From the NCBI GenBank assembly GCA_020525365.1, contig JAIZOF010000001.1, positions 889,456 to 953,455 of the forward strand: DNA of 64,000 nucleotides, given 5' to 3'. The translations under genes were made by a program, and so were the position numbers. This DNA is from Sulfurovum sp. (lineage in GTDB: Bacteria; Campylobacterota; Campylobacteria; Campylobacterales; Sulfurovaceae). The notes below the pieces were generated by a model. The model was not told the origin of the DNA. It made no database searches and saw nothing but the letters and a program-made list of their open reading frames with translations. Below are positions 18,021-28,782 of the stretch, piece after piece (position 1 is the first letter of the stretch; each line of letters begins with the position of its first letter).

Positions 18021-18551
18021 ATGCCATTATTAGACAGTTTTACTGTTAATCACGTTAAGATGATTGCACCGGCAGTAAGAGTTGCAAAAATAATGTATTC
18101 TCCTAGTGGGGATCTTGTAACCGTATATGATTTACGATTTTGTGTACCCAACCAAGAACAATTATCTGCTAAAGGAATTCATACGTTAGAACATCTTTTT
18201 GCAGGATTCATGAGAGATCACCTAAATGATGAAATAACAGAAATTATTGATCTTTCTCCTATGGGATGCCGAACGGGATTTTATATGTCAGTACTAGGAA
18301 AACCAAAAGCAAAAAAAGTTGCAAAGGCATGGAAAAGAGCAATGAAAGATGTATTGAGCGTAAAGAGAGAGTCGGATATACCTGAACTTAATCTTTACCA
18401 ATGTGGTAGCTATAAAATGCACTCTCTTGATGAGGCAAAACATATTGCAAATAATGTACTGCAAAAGAAAATAGGAAAGATAAGTAATAAGAAAATTATA
18501 TTAAGTCAAGCAGAGCTGAAAAAAATTTCTAAAGAGGGAAATATATGCTGA
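18021..18551 (+). CDS. luxS: S-ribosylhomocysteine lyase LuxS
   Basis: [11 protein letters not shown]..., metal motif HTLEHL, and catalytic Cys in [13 protein letters not shown] 18021 with an AAAAAGGAAA SD is preferred over the track start at 17949. Confidence 0.9.
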   Translation: MPLLDSFTVNHVKMIAPAVRVAKIMYSPSGDLVTVYDLRFCVPNQEQLSAKGIHTLEHLFAGFMRDHLNDEITEIIDLSPMGCRTGFYMSVLGKPKAKKVAKAWKRAMKDVLSVKRESDIPELNLYQCGSYKMHSLDEAKHIANNVLQKKIGKISNKKIILSQAELKKISKEGNIC

Positions 18552-18850
18552 TTTGGGTACCAGTATCGAGTGATAATGGCTTAAATTCAAAGATTACACC
18601 ACAAATAAAAGTAAGAAAATGGGCACTTATTGATTTTGATGCTGGAGAGATACGCTCAATACACTTTTATAATAGGAGAGAAGAAGCCAATGAGGTATGG
18701 ATTGATTTTGTCATTCTTGTTAATAAGTATGAAAACTATCTCGATTTTATGGATGAAGGGATGATGGTACTTGTGGTTCGTAAAGAGGAGACACTTGAAG
18801 ATATCATCAATGCGTTCAAGTTCAAAGAGCTTGATGAAATAGGGTTGTAG
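18545..18850 (+). CDS. Hypothetical 101-aa protein translationally coupled to luxS
   Basis: Its ATG overlaps the luxS 3' end by 7 nt. There is a weak NifX/NifB-like (dinitrogenase cofactor-binding fold) resemblance at the N-terminus ([17 protein letters not shown]...[10 protein letters not shown]), but no HFG motif. Confidence 0.5.
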   Translation: MLIWVPVSSDNGLNSKITPQIKVRKWALIDFDAGEIRSIHFYNRREEANEVWIDFVILVNKYENYLDFMDEGMMVLVVRKEETLEDIINAFKFKELDEIGL

Positions 18851-18876
18851 TGTGGGTGCTTTTCTTCATTAAAATA

Positions 18877-19662
18877 ATGATATATAATGAAACTTTACGC
18901 AAAGAGAAAGAGACTATTATCACAAAAGACGGTAGTATAACGCTCTATTCTAAAGAATTTAATGAATCCTACCATTCTCCTAAAGATGGAGCACTTCATG
19001 AGAGCCTCCAAAAGCATGTTTTGCCTGCTTTTGATTTTCACCAAGATACAGTTGCTACCCAACTAACTATTCTTGATATATGTTACGGACTTGGTTACAA
19101 CACACTTGCAACCCTTTATTATGTCAAAAAGAATAACCTTGATATCAAATTGCACATCATCTCTCCAGAGTTTGATGCAGCACTAGTACATTCACTTAAA
19201 GATTTTGATTACCCAAGTGAGTTTGATGACTTCAGGTCTATTATCGAAGCCATCAGTGAAAATTTTTATTATGAAGATGAGCAGTTCAAGATTGAAGTTT
19301 TGATTGGTGATGCACGTCAAATTGTCCCCTCTCTTCATGAAGATGATATTCAATTTAATATTATATACCAAGATGCATTTTCCCCTAAGGTAAACCCTCT
19401 ACTTTGGACTTATGAATGGTTTGCTGATATTAAGAGACTCTGCGGGAATGCTATTGTGCTGACAACCTATTCAACAGCAACAGTAACCCGTATGGGATTA
19501 CATGAGAATAATTTTGTACTTCACTATTTTGAAGCACCTCATACTCGCCGATCACTTATTGCTTCTTTACAACGGATTGAAAGCCTAGAGTGGATTGATA
19601 TGATGTTGAAGATTGAGCGAAATCCAAATGGAAGGAGCCTAAGAGATGATGAAATTCAGTAA
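18877..19662 (+). CDS. mnmD: tRNA (mnm5s2U34) methyltransferase, stand-alone MnmC methyltransferase domain (MnmD/DUF752-type)
   Basis: Motifs TKDGSITLYSKEFNESYHS..GALHES, SAM motif ILDICYGLGYN and DAFSPKVNPLLWT. ATG 18877 is preferred over GTG 18850. Confidence 0.75.
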   Translation: MIYNETLRKEKETIITKDGSITLYSKEFNESYHSPKDGALHESLQKHVLPAFDFHQDTVATQLTILDICYGLGYNTLATLYYVKKNNLDIKLHIISPEFDAALVHSLKDFDYPSEFDDFRSIIEAISENFYYEDEQFKIEVLIGDARQIVPSLHEDDIQFNIIYQDAFSPKVNPLLWTYEWFADIKRLCGNAIVLTTYSTATVTRMGLHENNFVLHYFEAPHTRRSLIASLQRIESLEWIDMMLKIERNPNGRSLRDDEIQ

Positions 19663-20270
19663 CTCATCTGTATGGCATCAATCTCTTTCCATTCCGTTTG
19701 TTCTTTATTTTTGTGTGTCAGTATATGGTTAATATATCGTGCAAATAGGTCAGTTTCAATATTGACATTTGTACCTATTTTATAGGTTTTTATTAGAGTT
19801 TTTTCTAATGTATGAGGTATGATAGTTAATCTAAAACTATCGGTATAGACATCATTGATCGTTAAAGAGATACCATCAATGGTGATAGACCCTTTGGGGA
19901 CAATATAGACAATATATTTTGGGTTAACTTTGATAATGAAATCTGTACCATTTTCTCTTTTTGTGATGTACTTTACTGTACCAATAGCATCAATATGTCC
20001 TTGCACAATATGCCCTTCAAATCGGTTGTTTATCTGCATGGCAGGTTCAATATGTACTTTTCCACTGAACTTTTCAGAAGGTACAATATTGCGTGTTTCA
20101 TCTGCTACTTCCAAATCAAACCCATCAAAGTTAACCTTGATTACTGTTAGACAAACCCCGTTGATAGCAATGGAGTCACCAAGTTTTGCTTTGTGTTTTG
20201 ACTGTATGGTGAGGATGTTGTTTTGATAGTGCTTGACAGTAGCAATTTCGCGGATAAGTCCAGTGAACAT
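19656..20270 (-). CDS. ribE: Riboflavin synthase
   Basis: 204 aa starting MFTGLIREIA, with duplicated lumazine-binding halves. Its 3' end overlaps the convergent mnmD by 7 nt. Confidence 0.9.
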   Translation of the reverse strand: MFTGLIREIATVKHYQNNILTIQSKHKAKLGDSIAINGVCLTVIKVNFDGFDLEVADETRNIVPSEKFSGKVHIEPAMQINNRFEGHIVQGHIDAIGTVKYITKRENGTDFIIKVNPKYIVYIVPKGSITIDGISLTINDVYTDSFRLTIIPHTLEKTLIKTYKIGTNVNIETDLFARYINHILTHKNKEQTEWKEIDAIQMSY

Positions 20271-20371
20271 AATGCCTCAATTTATTTGGATATAATTCAC
20301 TTAATTATAGCAGAAAAGCGTTGAGTAGAGCTTGTTTCACGACCCATCGCTTTTTTAAAACGGAATTAAAA

Positions 20372-22240
20372 ATGAAATATGATGTTATTGTTATTGGTGG
20401 TGGACATGCAGGTATAGAGGCAGCACTTGCTTCTGCACGTATGGGCACAAAGACACTAATGATTACTATACTAGTAGAGCAAATAGGAGCAAGTTCATGC
20501 AATCCTGCTATTGGTGGACTTGCTAAAGGGCATTTAGTGCGTGAGATCGATGCATTAGGTGGAGAAATGGGTCTTTGTACTGATAAGACAGGCATACAGT
20601 TTCGTACACTCAATGCTTCTAAAGGACCAGCAGTTCGTGGAACTCGTGCACAGATTGATATGGATAATTATCGCGAGTATATGCGTACGGTTGTGCTCAA
20701 TACAGATAATCTTGACATAAAGCAAGAGATTGCCGATGGTTTAATTATTGAAGGAGGAACGATAAAAGGGGTTACTACGCAACTTGGAAACCGCTATTTT
20801 TCTTCTAAGGTTATTATTACAGCAGGTACTTTTCTTAATGGTTTGATTCATATTGGAGAAAAGCAACAGAAAGCTGGAAGACAAGGAGAGTTTTCTTCAG
20901 TTGAATTGGCGGAGTACTTGCGAGATCTGGGACTTAATATTGGCCGTCTTAAAACGGGTACTTGTGCACGTATTGATGCAAAGAGCATAGATATTTCAGT
21001 CATGGAGGTACAGCCAGGGGACACACCTGCTCCACCATTTTCTTTTAGAACAGATAGGAAAACATTTAACCCTAAACAGCTACCATGCTATGTAACCTAT
21101 ACCAATGAAAAGACTCATGAAATTATTGAGAGTAATTTTTATAGAGCACCCATGTTCAGTGGACAGATAGAAGGAGTGGGGCCACGCTACTGTCCAAGCA
21201 TAGAAGATAAGATTAATCGTTTTAGAGACAGACCACGCCATCAAATATTTGTTGAGCCACAAACAATGGACGAAACAGAGTATTATATTAATGGTATGAG
21301 CACCTCTTTGCCCACCGACGTACAGCTAGAGATGGTACGTTCTGTTAAGGGAATGGAGAATGCTAAGATTGTCCGTTATGGTTATGCAATTGAGTATGAT
21401 TATATTGATCCGCTGGAACTAAGGCATACGCTAGAGGTTAAAAAAATAGATGGACTCTATGCTGCTGGACAGATAAATGGCACAACGGGCTATGAAGAGG
21501 CTGCTGCTCAGGGGTTTATTGCTGGGGTAAATGCTGCCCTCTCTGTTAAAGGCGAAGAGCCATTTGTTTTGAGACATGATGAGGCCTATATTGGTGTTTT
21601 AATTAATGATTTGGTTACCAAGGGAACCAAAGAGCCTTACCGTATGTTTACCAGCCGCGCAGAGTATAGACTATTGTTGCGTGAAGACAATGCCGATAGA
21701 CGACTGCTACCACATGCTAAACGTTTGGGGCTTCTTGATACGGCATATTTAACGAAAGTTGAGGTAAGAGATATAGCAATTAACGAGGCAATGCAATTTC
21801 TTGAAGAGAATTATGCTACTCCAACCAAGGAATTTCTTACTAAACTTGACCAGATTGGTGCACAAAAGATTAATGACAAGACACTTTGGGTCGATGTCAT
21901 TGCACGTGGGGATTTTGATAGAGAAAAATTGGTCACTCTTTTACCAGAGTTTGATAAATATGATAATGAAGTAATGGAGCAAATCCTCATTGAGGCAAAG
22001 TATTACCGTTACATCGAGAAACAGGCTCAACAGATTGCACAGATGAAAGATATGCTCAAGATCAAGATTCCAAAAGAGTTTGATTTTACTAAAGTACAAG
22101 GGTTAAGCAATGAGGTTGTCGAGAAGCTTCAGCGGGTGACACCAAATACACTTTTTGCAGCATCTCAGATAAGTGGGGTAACACCAGCAGCACTAGAGAT
22201 TATCCATATCTATATTAAAATGGCACAGAAAGGAAAATAA
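20372..22240 (+). CDS. mnmG: tRNA uridine 5-carboxymethylaminomethyl modification enzyme MnmG (GidA)
   Basis: [18 protein letters not shown]... and the full-length GidA pattern. ATG 20372 is preferred over the track start at 20321. Confidence 0.95.
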   Translation: MKYDVIVIGGGHAGIEAALASARMGTKTLMITILVEQIGASSCNPAIGGLAKGHLVREIDALGGEMGLCTDKTGIQFRTLNASKGPAVRGTRAQIDMDNYREYMRTVVLNTDNLDIKQEIADGLIIEGGTIKGVTTQLGNRYFSSKVIITAGTFLNGLIHIGEKQQKAGRQGEFSSVELAEYLRDLGLNIGRLKTGTCARIDAKSIDISVMEVQPGDTPAPPFSFRTDRKTFNPKQLPCYVTYTNEKTHEIIESNFYRAPMFSGQIEGVGPRYCPSIEDKINRFRDRPRHQIFVEPQTMDETEYYINGMSTSLPTDVQLEMVRSVKGMENAKIVRYGYAIEYDYIDPLELRHTLEVKKIDGLYAAGQINGTTGYEEAAAQGFIAGVNAALSVKGEEPFVLRHDEAYIGVLINDLVTKGTKEPYRMFTSRAEYRLLLREDNADRRLLPHAKRLGLLDTAYLTKVEVRDIAINEAMQFLEENYATPTKEFLTKLDQIGAQKINDKTLWVDVIARGDFDREKLVTLLPEFDKYDNEVMEQILIEAKYYRYIEKQAQQIAQMKDMLKIKIPKEFDFTKVQGLSNEVVEKLQRVTPNTLFAASQISGVTPAALEIIHIYIKMAQKGK

Positions 22241-22297
22241 TACCTTTCCCATTATCTATCCTGCGAATAAAAGAAATATATAATATAAGGAAAAAAG

Positions 22298-23146
22298 ATG
22301 TTGTACTACTATGCAAATACTGGACATAAGGTAGGACTGGAAAGAGTTAGACGTTGTATGGCAGTAATGAAAAAATTTTCAAAGCAAGATATTGAAATGC
22401 AGATACTTGTCAATGATTTTCGTGCAGGTGTAGCGATGAAAGAAGAGCAAGGACTTAAAGAATATGTCACAATTGAAACCATACAGGATATTGATGCAAT
22501 TGCCACAATGGGGGATAGTATTATTATTGACTCTAATGAAGATGATCACGGTAGATTGGTAAAATATATGAGTGATTTTAAACAGGTATGGCGTTTTGCA
22601 CATGACTATAAAGATAGGAGTGTACATGGTGAAACACTTTTGTGTTCAGAATGTGGAGAGAATGCTGCTATTGTTGATGAATACTATTTTAAGCATCACC
22701 CTAAAAAGGAGAGGGTACTCCTTTTTTTAAGAGACCATGATCATCAAAAAATCCTATTGAGTCACGATACCTTTTTTCAGTCTCTTAATATGGAGTTATT
22801 GTTGGGACACTATTTTTTTGTCAAATATGAGGATGAATTAGCAAAACGATTTTCAGTACTACATGAACCTGAGACATATATGGAGTTGATTTCTCAAAGC
22901 AGTACGCTGGTAACTGCTTCGTCTCAAGCTGCACTTGAAGCAAGAGTAGCTGGTGCAAAGGTAGTCTTTTTAAAGCTAAAGGAAGAGATACCGCTCTATC
23001 CGGTAGAATTATTATATAGGTATGGTGTGGAGATTGTGACAGAATTAAATACTAACACACTTCAGACAGCTTTAAAGAATGCAACATCAGAAAGATTGAC
23101 TAAACTTACACCTTTTGATGAATCAGAATTACTGAAATATTTCTAA
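22298..23146 (+). CDS. Divergent PseG-like (GT-B / Glyco_tran_28_C-like) protein, function unknown
   Basis: 282 aa. N-terminal YANTGHKVGLERVRR resembles the PseG (A/S)xxGxxIGxGHxxR motif. C-terminal LVTASSQAALEARVAGAKVV resembles the PseG/MurG C-terminal helix. The GxGH histidine position reads GLER. Confidence 0.4.
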   Translation: MLYYYANTGHKVGLERVRRCMAVMKKFSKQDIEMQILVNDFRAGVAMKEEQGLKEYVTIETIQDIDAIATMGDSIIIDSNEDDHGRLVKYMSDFKQVWRFAHDYKDRSVHGETLLCSECGENAAIVDEYYFKHHPKKERVLLFLRDHDHQKILLSHDTFFQSLNMELLLGHYFFVKYEDELAKRFSVLHEPETYMELISQSSTLVTASSQAALEARVAGAKVVFLKLKEEIPLYPVELLYRYGVEIVTELNTNTLQTALKNATSERLTKLTPFDESELLKYF

Positions 23147-23301
23147 TATCTTAAGATAAGGATAATCAAGATTATACTTATCTTCGTTTACCTAGGATAA
23201 TATTCGCCTAGAATGTCTTAATTTCTAATATAAATAATATTTTCTTAATATTTTTTTCCTATAATAAATAGTTTAAATTACTAATAAGAAAGGAAATTGT
23301 T

Positions 23302-23847
23302 ATGGCTAACAACAATAAAGATCGTAGAGACTTTATGGGGATGGCATTAGGTGGCTTTACGGCACTTGGTGGTGTTGGTGCGCTATATGCCATGAAATGT
23401 ACATGGGATGTGCTACCAAGTGTTAAGACAGCAGGATTTACGACATTAAATATGAAAGACTATAAAGAGAATGAGTTGGTAGTAGAAAAATGGAGAGGAA
23501 AACCTATTTTTGTACTCAAGCAGTCTCCAGAGATGGTTGAAAAATTAAAAAAAGAGAAGCCAGACGACCTAAAAAGACTCATTAAGGTGGGCAATGGATA
23601 CTATACTGTATGTATAGGACTCTGTACACATCTTGGTTGTATTCCTGGTTTTCGTCCTGAAACAAGTGACTTTCTTTGTGCATGTCATGGAGGACAGTAC
23701 GATGTTACAGCCCAGGTGACCAAAGCACCACCACCCAGAGGACTAGATGTTCCTCCTTTTAAAATAGAAGGTGAGAAGTTGGTGCTTGGCGAAGAGGGAC
23801 CAGAATACAAAAAGATGCTTGAAGATGGCATCACGATTCAGGCATAA
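23302..23847 (+). CDS. petA: Ubiquinol/menaquinol-cytochrome c reductase Rieske Fe-S subunit
   Basis: Tat signal RRDFMG and Rieske boxes CTHLGC and CACHGG. Confidence 0.9.
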   Translation: MANNNKDRRDFMGMALGGFTALGGVGALYAMKCTWDVLPSVKTAGFTTLNMKDYKENELVVEKWRGKPIFVLKQSPEMVEKLKKEKPDDLKRLIKVGNGYYTVCIGLCTHLGCIPGFRPETSDFLCACHGGQYDVTAQVTKAPPPRGLDVPPFKIEGEKLVLGEEGPEYKKMLEDGITIQA

Positions 23848-23857
23848 GGAGAAATAA

Positions 23858-25078
23858 ATGGCACATTTTGATGAAAATGTAAGACCATTCAGTAATGAAT
23901 GGCTCAATGAAAGACTCGCGATTGATAAACTTAAGTGTGTACTCTCTACAGAATATTGGATTCCAAAGAATATCAATTTTCTTTGGGCAATGGGTATGGT
24001 ATTGGCTGCAACATTTGCTCTTTTACTGATTTCTGGAATTTTTTTGCTGATGTATTATCAGCCAACTACAGAGTTGGCATTTGATTCAGTCAACTATACA
24101 ATTATGTCTGAAGTGCAGTATGGATGGCTCTGGAGGCATATTCATGGTGTAGGTGCATCGGTTGTTTTTCTGATTATCTATATTCATATGTTTACTGGTA
24201 TCTACTATGGCTCCTACAAAAGAGGAAGAGAGATTATTTGGCTTTCAGGAATGCTTCTTTTTGTACTTTTCTCCGCAGAAGCCTTTTCAGGTTATATGCT
24301 TCCATGGGGACAGATGAGTTACTGGGCAGGTATGGTTATTACTAACCTCTTCTCTGGTGGATCATTGCATGCAAATGCTTTGGTAGAATGGATTAGAGGA
24401 GACTATGTTCCTGGACAAGCATTCTTGAGTAGGTTTTTTATGTTACATGTGTTATTGGTGCCATTGGCAATTATAGGTGTGATTGTATTGCATTTTGGTG
24501 CACTGAGAATCCCTCATGTAAATAATCAAGATGGTGAAATATTTGATTTCGATGAGTCGGCTGAGCTTTACAAGGCAGGTAAAATCAAAGAGTCCAAAGT
24601 TATTCCATTCAAACCAGTATTTTTAAGTAAAGATATTTTTGTAATAGGTGTCTATTTTATACTCTTCTTCTATTTGGTATTTTATCATTTTGAGTTTGCA
24701 ATGGATCCAGTTAACTTTGATCCAGCAGATTCACTAAAGACACCGACACACATTTACCCTGAGTGGTATTTCCTGTGGAGCTATGAAGTGCTTAGACCAT
24801 TTTCAACAGATACAGGCCTTGTTGCATTTGGATTTGCGCAGGTGATTTTCTTTCTTCTTCCATTCCTTGATAGAAGTCCCAATGTGGCACCTGCAAGTAG
24901 ACGGGGACTTTTTAAGTACTGGTTTTGGGCACTTTTAATTGATATGATTATGTTGACCTTTATGGGAAAATTGCCTCCAGAAGGCATATGGAGCACAATT
25001 GGTTTTGTTGCGGCATCAATTTTCATTGCCTTATGGGTTGCATTTCCTATCATTACGGCAACAGAAAAGAAATTATAA
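23858..25078 (+). CDS. petB: Cytochrome b subunit of the bc1 complex
   Basis: 406 aa and multi-TM. WLWRHIHGVGAS and PEWYFLWSY are typical cytochrome b motifs. Confidence 0.9.
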   Translation: MAHFDENVRPFSNEWLNERLAIDKLKCVLSTEYWIPKNINFLWAMGMVLAATFALLLISGIFLLMYYQPTTELAFDSVNYTIMSEVQYGWLWRHIHGVGASVVFLIIYIHMFTGIYYGSYKRGREIIWLSGMLLFVLFSAEAFSGYMLPWGQMSYWAGMVITNLFSGGSLHANALVEWIRGDYVPGQAFLSRFFMLHVLLVPLAIIGVIVLHFGALRIPHVNNQDGEIFDFDESAELYKAGKIKESKVIPFKPVFLSKDIFVIGVYFILFFYLVFYHFEFAMDPVNFDPADSLKTPTHIYPEWYFLWSYEVLRPFSTDTGLVAFGFAQVIFFLLPFLDRSPNVAPASRRGLFKYWFWALLIDMIMLTFMGKLPPEGIWSTIGFVAASIFIALWVAFPIITATEKKL

Positions 25079-25090
25079 GGAGTAAAAGTC

Positions 25091-25993
25091 ATGAAAGAAT
25101 TAAAAATACTAGGAGTTGTAATTGTCTTTACTCTTACCCTTTATTGGGGTGTGGAACCATTTGCGCACTCTCAAATGCATAAGCATGTAGAGGGGAATGG
25201 ATTTACATATAGTGACTTCAAGCCAGTACCAAAAGGTAACGTACAAAAAGGCGAAACACTTGCTGCTTCTTGTGCAGGGTGTCATTCAATCAAAGTGAAG
25301 AATATACCTGCACCAATGGATCCAGTGATGTCTGCACAGGCATATGGTGTCAATCCTCCTGACTTGAGTCTTGCAGGAAAAGTGTTAGATGAGAAATTCT
25401 TTACACATTTTCTTCTTAATCCTGAAAAAGTAACAAAAGATAGACACTTTACAATGCCTCCAAGTGCTGATAATATTCAGGATGCGGCTGATATTGTAGC
25501 CTATTTTAAGTCTATTGCGCCCAAAGAGTCAACACCTAAAGAGGTATATGAGTTTGCTTGTGGAAGATGTCATGCTAACCGTTATGGTAAGTGGACACAG
25601 ATTGGTGATGTTCCCAAGACTAAGTCTAATATTAAAACAGGTGTAGACCTTGCCGCACTTGACTTTGAAAAGAAATTAGGTGAGTATCAGAATAAACTGG
25701 CTGATCATATGGGTAAATTGCCACCAGATCTCTCTATTATCATTAGAGCAAGAAGTAAGCATTTCCTTGAGACATTTATTGAAGATCCTCAATTACAGCT
25801 TCCAGGTACGATAATGCCAAAACTCGGACTCAAAAAAGAGGCAGTTGAAGAGGTGTTTGCATACCTTGAAGAGACAGGTGACCCAAGTAAGCCCAAAAGA
25901 GAAGCATTAGGATCTTGGGTACTACTTTTCTTCTTTGCCTTTACTGTGTTAGCATATTTATGGAAAAAATCTATGTGGAGAGATTGTCACTAA
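25091..25993 (+). CDS. petC: Dihaem cytochrome c1 subunit of the bc1 complex
   Basis: Signal peptide, two haem c sites (CAGCH and CGRCH) and a C-terminal TM anchor. The dihaem c1 is characteristic of epsilonproteobacteria. Confidence 0.85.
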   Translation: MKELKILGVVIVFTLTLYWGVEPFAHSQMHKHVEGNGFTYSDFKPVPKGNVQKGETLAASCAGCHSIKVKNIPAPMDPVMSAQAYGVNPPDLSLAGKVLDEKFFTHFLLNPEKVTKDRHFTMPPSADNIQDAADIVAYFKSIAPKESTPKEVYEFACGRCHANRYGKWTQIGDVPKTKSNIKTGVDLAALDFEKKLGEYQNKLADHMGKLPPDLSIIIRARSKHFLETFIEDPQLQLPGTIMPKLGLKKEAVEEVFAYLEETGDPSKPKREALGSWVLLFFFAFTVLAYLWKKSMWRDCH

Positions 25994-26272
25994 TTCTTTT
26001 GTGATATCTTTTCCACCTTTAGATAATGTGAGTATAGAGAGGATTGGCTTAACTAACCCAAGCAAGTCTCTCTTGCTCTGGATACTTAAATCTCTACAGT
26101 AAACTACTGCAAAGTTTATATTCTTCGGTTCTACAAAGATTGATATATGCCATTTTTTTCAATAGATTTTTTATAAAGAAGAAAGTTTTTTTAGGGAAGT
26201 TTAGGCAGAAAGTGTTTTTAACACCCAGCTTTCCATAGTAGAAAGTGGTTATTGTGAGGGTAGGGAGAAAAC

Positions 26273-28114
26273 TTATTCTTCAATATAATTTTTCAGTTTT
26301 CGTCCTACTTTTGGGTGTTTTAGTTTTTTGATTGCGGAGCTTTCAATCTGTCGAACACGTTCACGTGTAACATTGAGTTCTTTACCAATTTCTTCAAGTG
26401 TTCTATCACTTTCATCTTCAAGTAAACCAAAACGCATACGAACGACTGCCTTTTCTCTTTCATTGAGTTGGTCAAGTATCTCGTCAATTTGATTATTAAG
26501 GTCATCTTTGAGAATAGCATCGGTTGGGCTGAGCGTATTCTTGTCTTCAATAAAATCACCAAATCTTCCATCATCTTCATCACCTACAGGAGTTTCAAGC
26601 GAGACAGGTTCTTTGGTAATCTTGATAACGTTCTTAACCTTATCTATGGAGAGTCCCACCTCTTTAGCAATGGTGTCAAGGTCTGGTTCTCTCCCAGTCT
26701 CTTGAAGATATTTACGGATGATTTTATTGATACGGTTAATCGTTTCAATCATATGAATTGGGATACGGATGGTACGTGCTTGGTCAGCAATAGCTCTCGA
26801 AATTGCCTGACGTATCCACCATGTGGCATAGGTGGAAAACTTATATCCTTTTTCATACTCAAACTTATCAACCGCTTTCATGAGTCCAATGTTTCCTTCT
26901 TGAATGAGGTCAAGGAATGGTAAACCACGGTTGGTATAACGTTTAGCAATGGATACAACAAGTCTCAAGTTTGACTTCGCCATACGGGTCTTAGCTTTTT
27001 CAGACTTTGCTTTACCAATATGAATTTGATTGAGAATCTCTTGTAGTTTTTCTTCACTTAAGTCAAAGCCACCCTTGCTTGCTTCACGGGTTTCAAAAAG
27101 TTTTTTAATTTCAACATAGGTAGAAACCATGGTGGTCTCTGGTACAGCATCGATAATATCATCTTTTTCCATATGGATAATATTATCAAGAATCTTTTGG
27201 TGGTTAGCTTTGAGTATATCATTAAAAAGTGGAAGTTTATACTCTAAACGCTTAAGTTCTCTGTCGAAGCTGTCATCACTCTTGAGTGCTGTTTCCATTG
27301 CCTTGACCAACTCGTTGATAAGCTTTGAAGTTGGCCCAAGGTCAAGTAGAGCAGTTTTAAGCTGCCCCTTTTTGAAGGCAATCTTGAGACGCTCATGAAT
27401 AATTTTGACTGAATCAGTCTCATTTACTAAAAGCTTGTCAAGTCCTTCACGCGCTTTCATCCATCCCTTTTTAGATTTTTCTAAGTGTTTAAAGCTCTCT
27501 ACAACTTGTTCAATACGTTTATCATCCTTGGGAGTTTCAATTGTATCCTCTTCAGTTTCTGTTTTATCATTGTCTTCACTTTTATCGTCCTCAAAGCTTT
27601 TAAAAAGCTCTTTGACGCGCCTTTCTCGGTTAAGTAATGGTTTTTTATAATTGTGAATATAGTCAATAAGATAAGGTACTGAACAGATTGCATCGATAAT
27701 AATCTCTTCTCCCTCTTCAATTTGCTTGGAGAGCTCTACCTCCTCCTCTTTAGTTAGTAATGGGATTTTCCCCATCTCACGTAAATACATACGTACTGGA
27801 GAATCTGAACGACTCCATTCAAGTAACTCTTTTTCTTTATTTAAATCAAATTCATCTTCAATTCCACTATCTAGGGCACGTTTCCGTGCATTTTCTCGGC
27901 GCTTAGCCTCTTTTTCTGTGAGATACTTGGCATACTCTGAGGCAGAAATAATCTCTATTTTGGCATCTTCTGCAAGTTTAGCAATTTTTTTTGCTTGTAT
28001 AGCAGTGGGAGCCTTATTAAACTCTTTAGCAATATTCTCAAAGGTAATTACATCACCTTTCTTTTTAGATTTGAATAACACTTCTATACTTTTCATACTA
28101 TCTTTAGCAGCCAT
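26273..28114 (-). CDS. rpoD: RNA polymerase primary sigma factor RpoD
   Basis: Region 2 [10 protein letters not shown] and region 4.2 [22 protein letters not shown] 28114 (MAAKDS...) has an AAGGA SD and is preferred over the track GTG at 28138. Confidence 0.95.
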   Translation of the reverse strand: MAAKDSMKSIEVLFKSKKKGDVITFENIAKEFNKAPTAIQAKKIAKLAEDAKIEIISASEYAKYLTEKEAKRRENARKRALDSGIEDEFDLNKEKELLEWSRSDSPVRMYLREMGKIPLLTKEEEVELSKQIEEGEEIIIDAICSVPYLIDYIHNYKKPLLNRERRVKELFKSFEDDKSEDNDKTETEEDTIETPKDDKRIEQVVESFKHLEKSKKGWMKAREGLDKLLVNETDSVKIIHERLKIAFKKGQLKTALLDLGPTSKLINELVKAMETALKSDDSFDRELKRLEYKLPLFNDILKANHQKILDNIIHMEKDDIIDAVPETTMVSTYVEIKKLFETREASKGGFDLSEEKLQEILNQIHIGKAKSEKAKTRMAKSNLRLVVSIAKRYTNRGLPFLDLIQEGNIGLMKAVDKFEYEKGYKFSTYATWWIRQAISRAIADQARTIRIPIHMIETINRINKIIRKYLQETGREPDLDTIAKEVGLSIDKVKNVIKITKEPVSLETPVGDEDDGRFGDFIEDKNTLSPTDAILKDDLNNQIDEILDQLNEREKAVVRMRFGLLEDESDRTLEEIGKELNVTRERVRQIESSAIKKLKHPKVGRKLKNYIEE

Positions 28115-28284
28115 TAAAATCCTTTTATTATGATGCACGGGGAGAGGTTCTATTTTAAGTTTTATTGAAGGTGGATTATACCGAAATTTTCTTCATTCTG
28201 CATATCAAAATTTGTTAATTTCCATTTTTTTGGCTATAATCGCGAATATTTTTAACCGGCTGATTTCAGAATAAAGGATATAGT

Positions 28285-28782
28285 TTGCAAGGAAAAGTTT
28301 GGAAATTTGGCAATAATATTGATACCGATCTAATTATTGCTGCACGTTATCTCAATACATCAGAGCCAAGTGAACTGGCAAAACATGTTATGGAAGATGC
28401 AGATCCAAAGTTTGTCTCTAATATGAATGAAGGTGATATTATTGTTGCTGGCGAGAACTTTGGTTGTGGTTCAAGTCGTGAGCATGCCCCTATTGCACTT
28501 AAGGCAGCTGGAATTAATGCAATTATTGCACCAACTTTTGCACGTATCTTTTATAGAAATGCATTCAATATGGGGCTACCAATCTTTGAACTTAAAGAGG
28601 CTGATGAGATCAATGAAGGCGACACGGTACGTATTGAGATGAATGTAGGCGAGATTATTAATATTACACAAGCAAAGATTTATAAATTTACACCCATTCC
28701 AGCATTTATGCAAGAGCTTGTTGATGCAGGTGGTTTGATTCATTTTGCTAAACAAGAGATTGCCAAAGGAGTAATAATATGA
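28285..28782 (+). CDS. leuD: 3-isopropylmalate dehydratase small subunit
   Basis: 165 aa short-type LeuD starting [15 protein letters not shown], with [16 protein letters not shown] start with an AAGGAT SD. Confidence 0.9.
   Translation: MQGKVWKFGNNIDTDLIIAARYLNTSEPSELAKHVMEDADPKFVSNMNEGDIIVAGENFGCGSSREHAPIALKAAGINAIIAPTFARIFYRNAFNMGLPIFELKEADEINEGDTVRIEMNVGEIINITQAKIYKFTPIPAFMQELVDAGGLIHFAKQEIAKGVII

Noticed and set aside
25994-26272. The longest non-coding stretch (petC/rpoD convergent spacer), inspected for tRNA, sRNA, SRP or 6S-like features and for terminators
   Set aside because: I found only imperfect hairpins (for example CCAAGCAAG...CTTGCTCTGG). There is no tRNA T-loop or anticodon architecture and no recognisable conserved RNA motif. 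I cannot support a feature from sequence alone.
26320-28133. Many long ORFs on the plus strand and out of frame on the minus strand overlapping rpoD (for example 26468..26923, 27129..27398, 27405..27650, 27726..28133), with Ser/Leu/Phe-rich translations
   Set aside because: They are the mirror image of a Lys/Glu/Asp-rich gene in an AT-rich genome. They have low-complexity composition and no SD or motifs, and rpoD fully explains the region.
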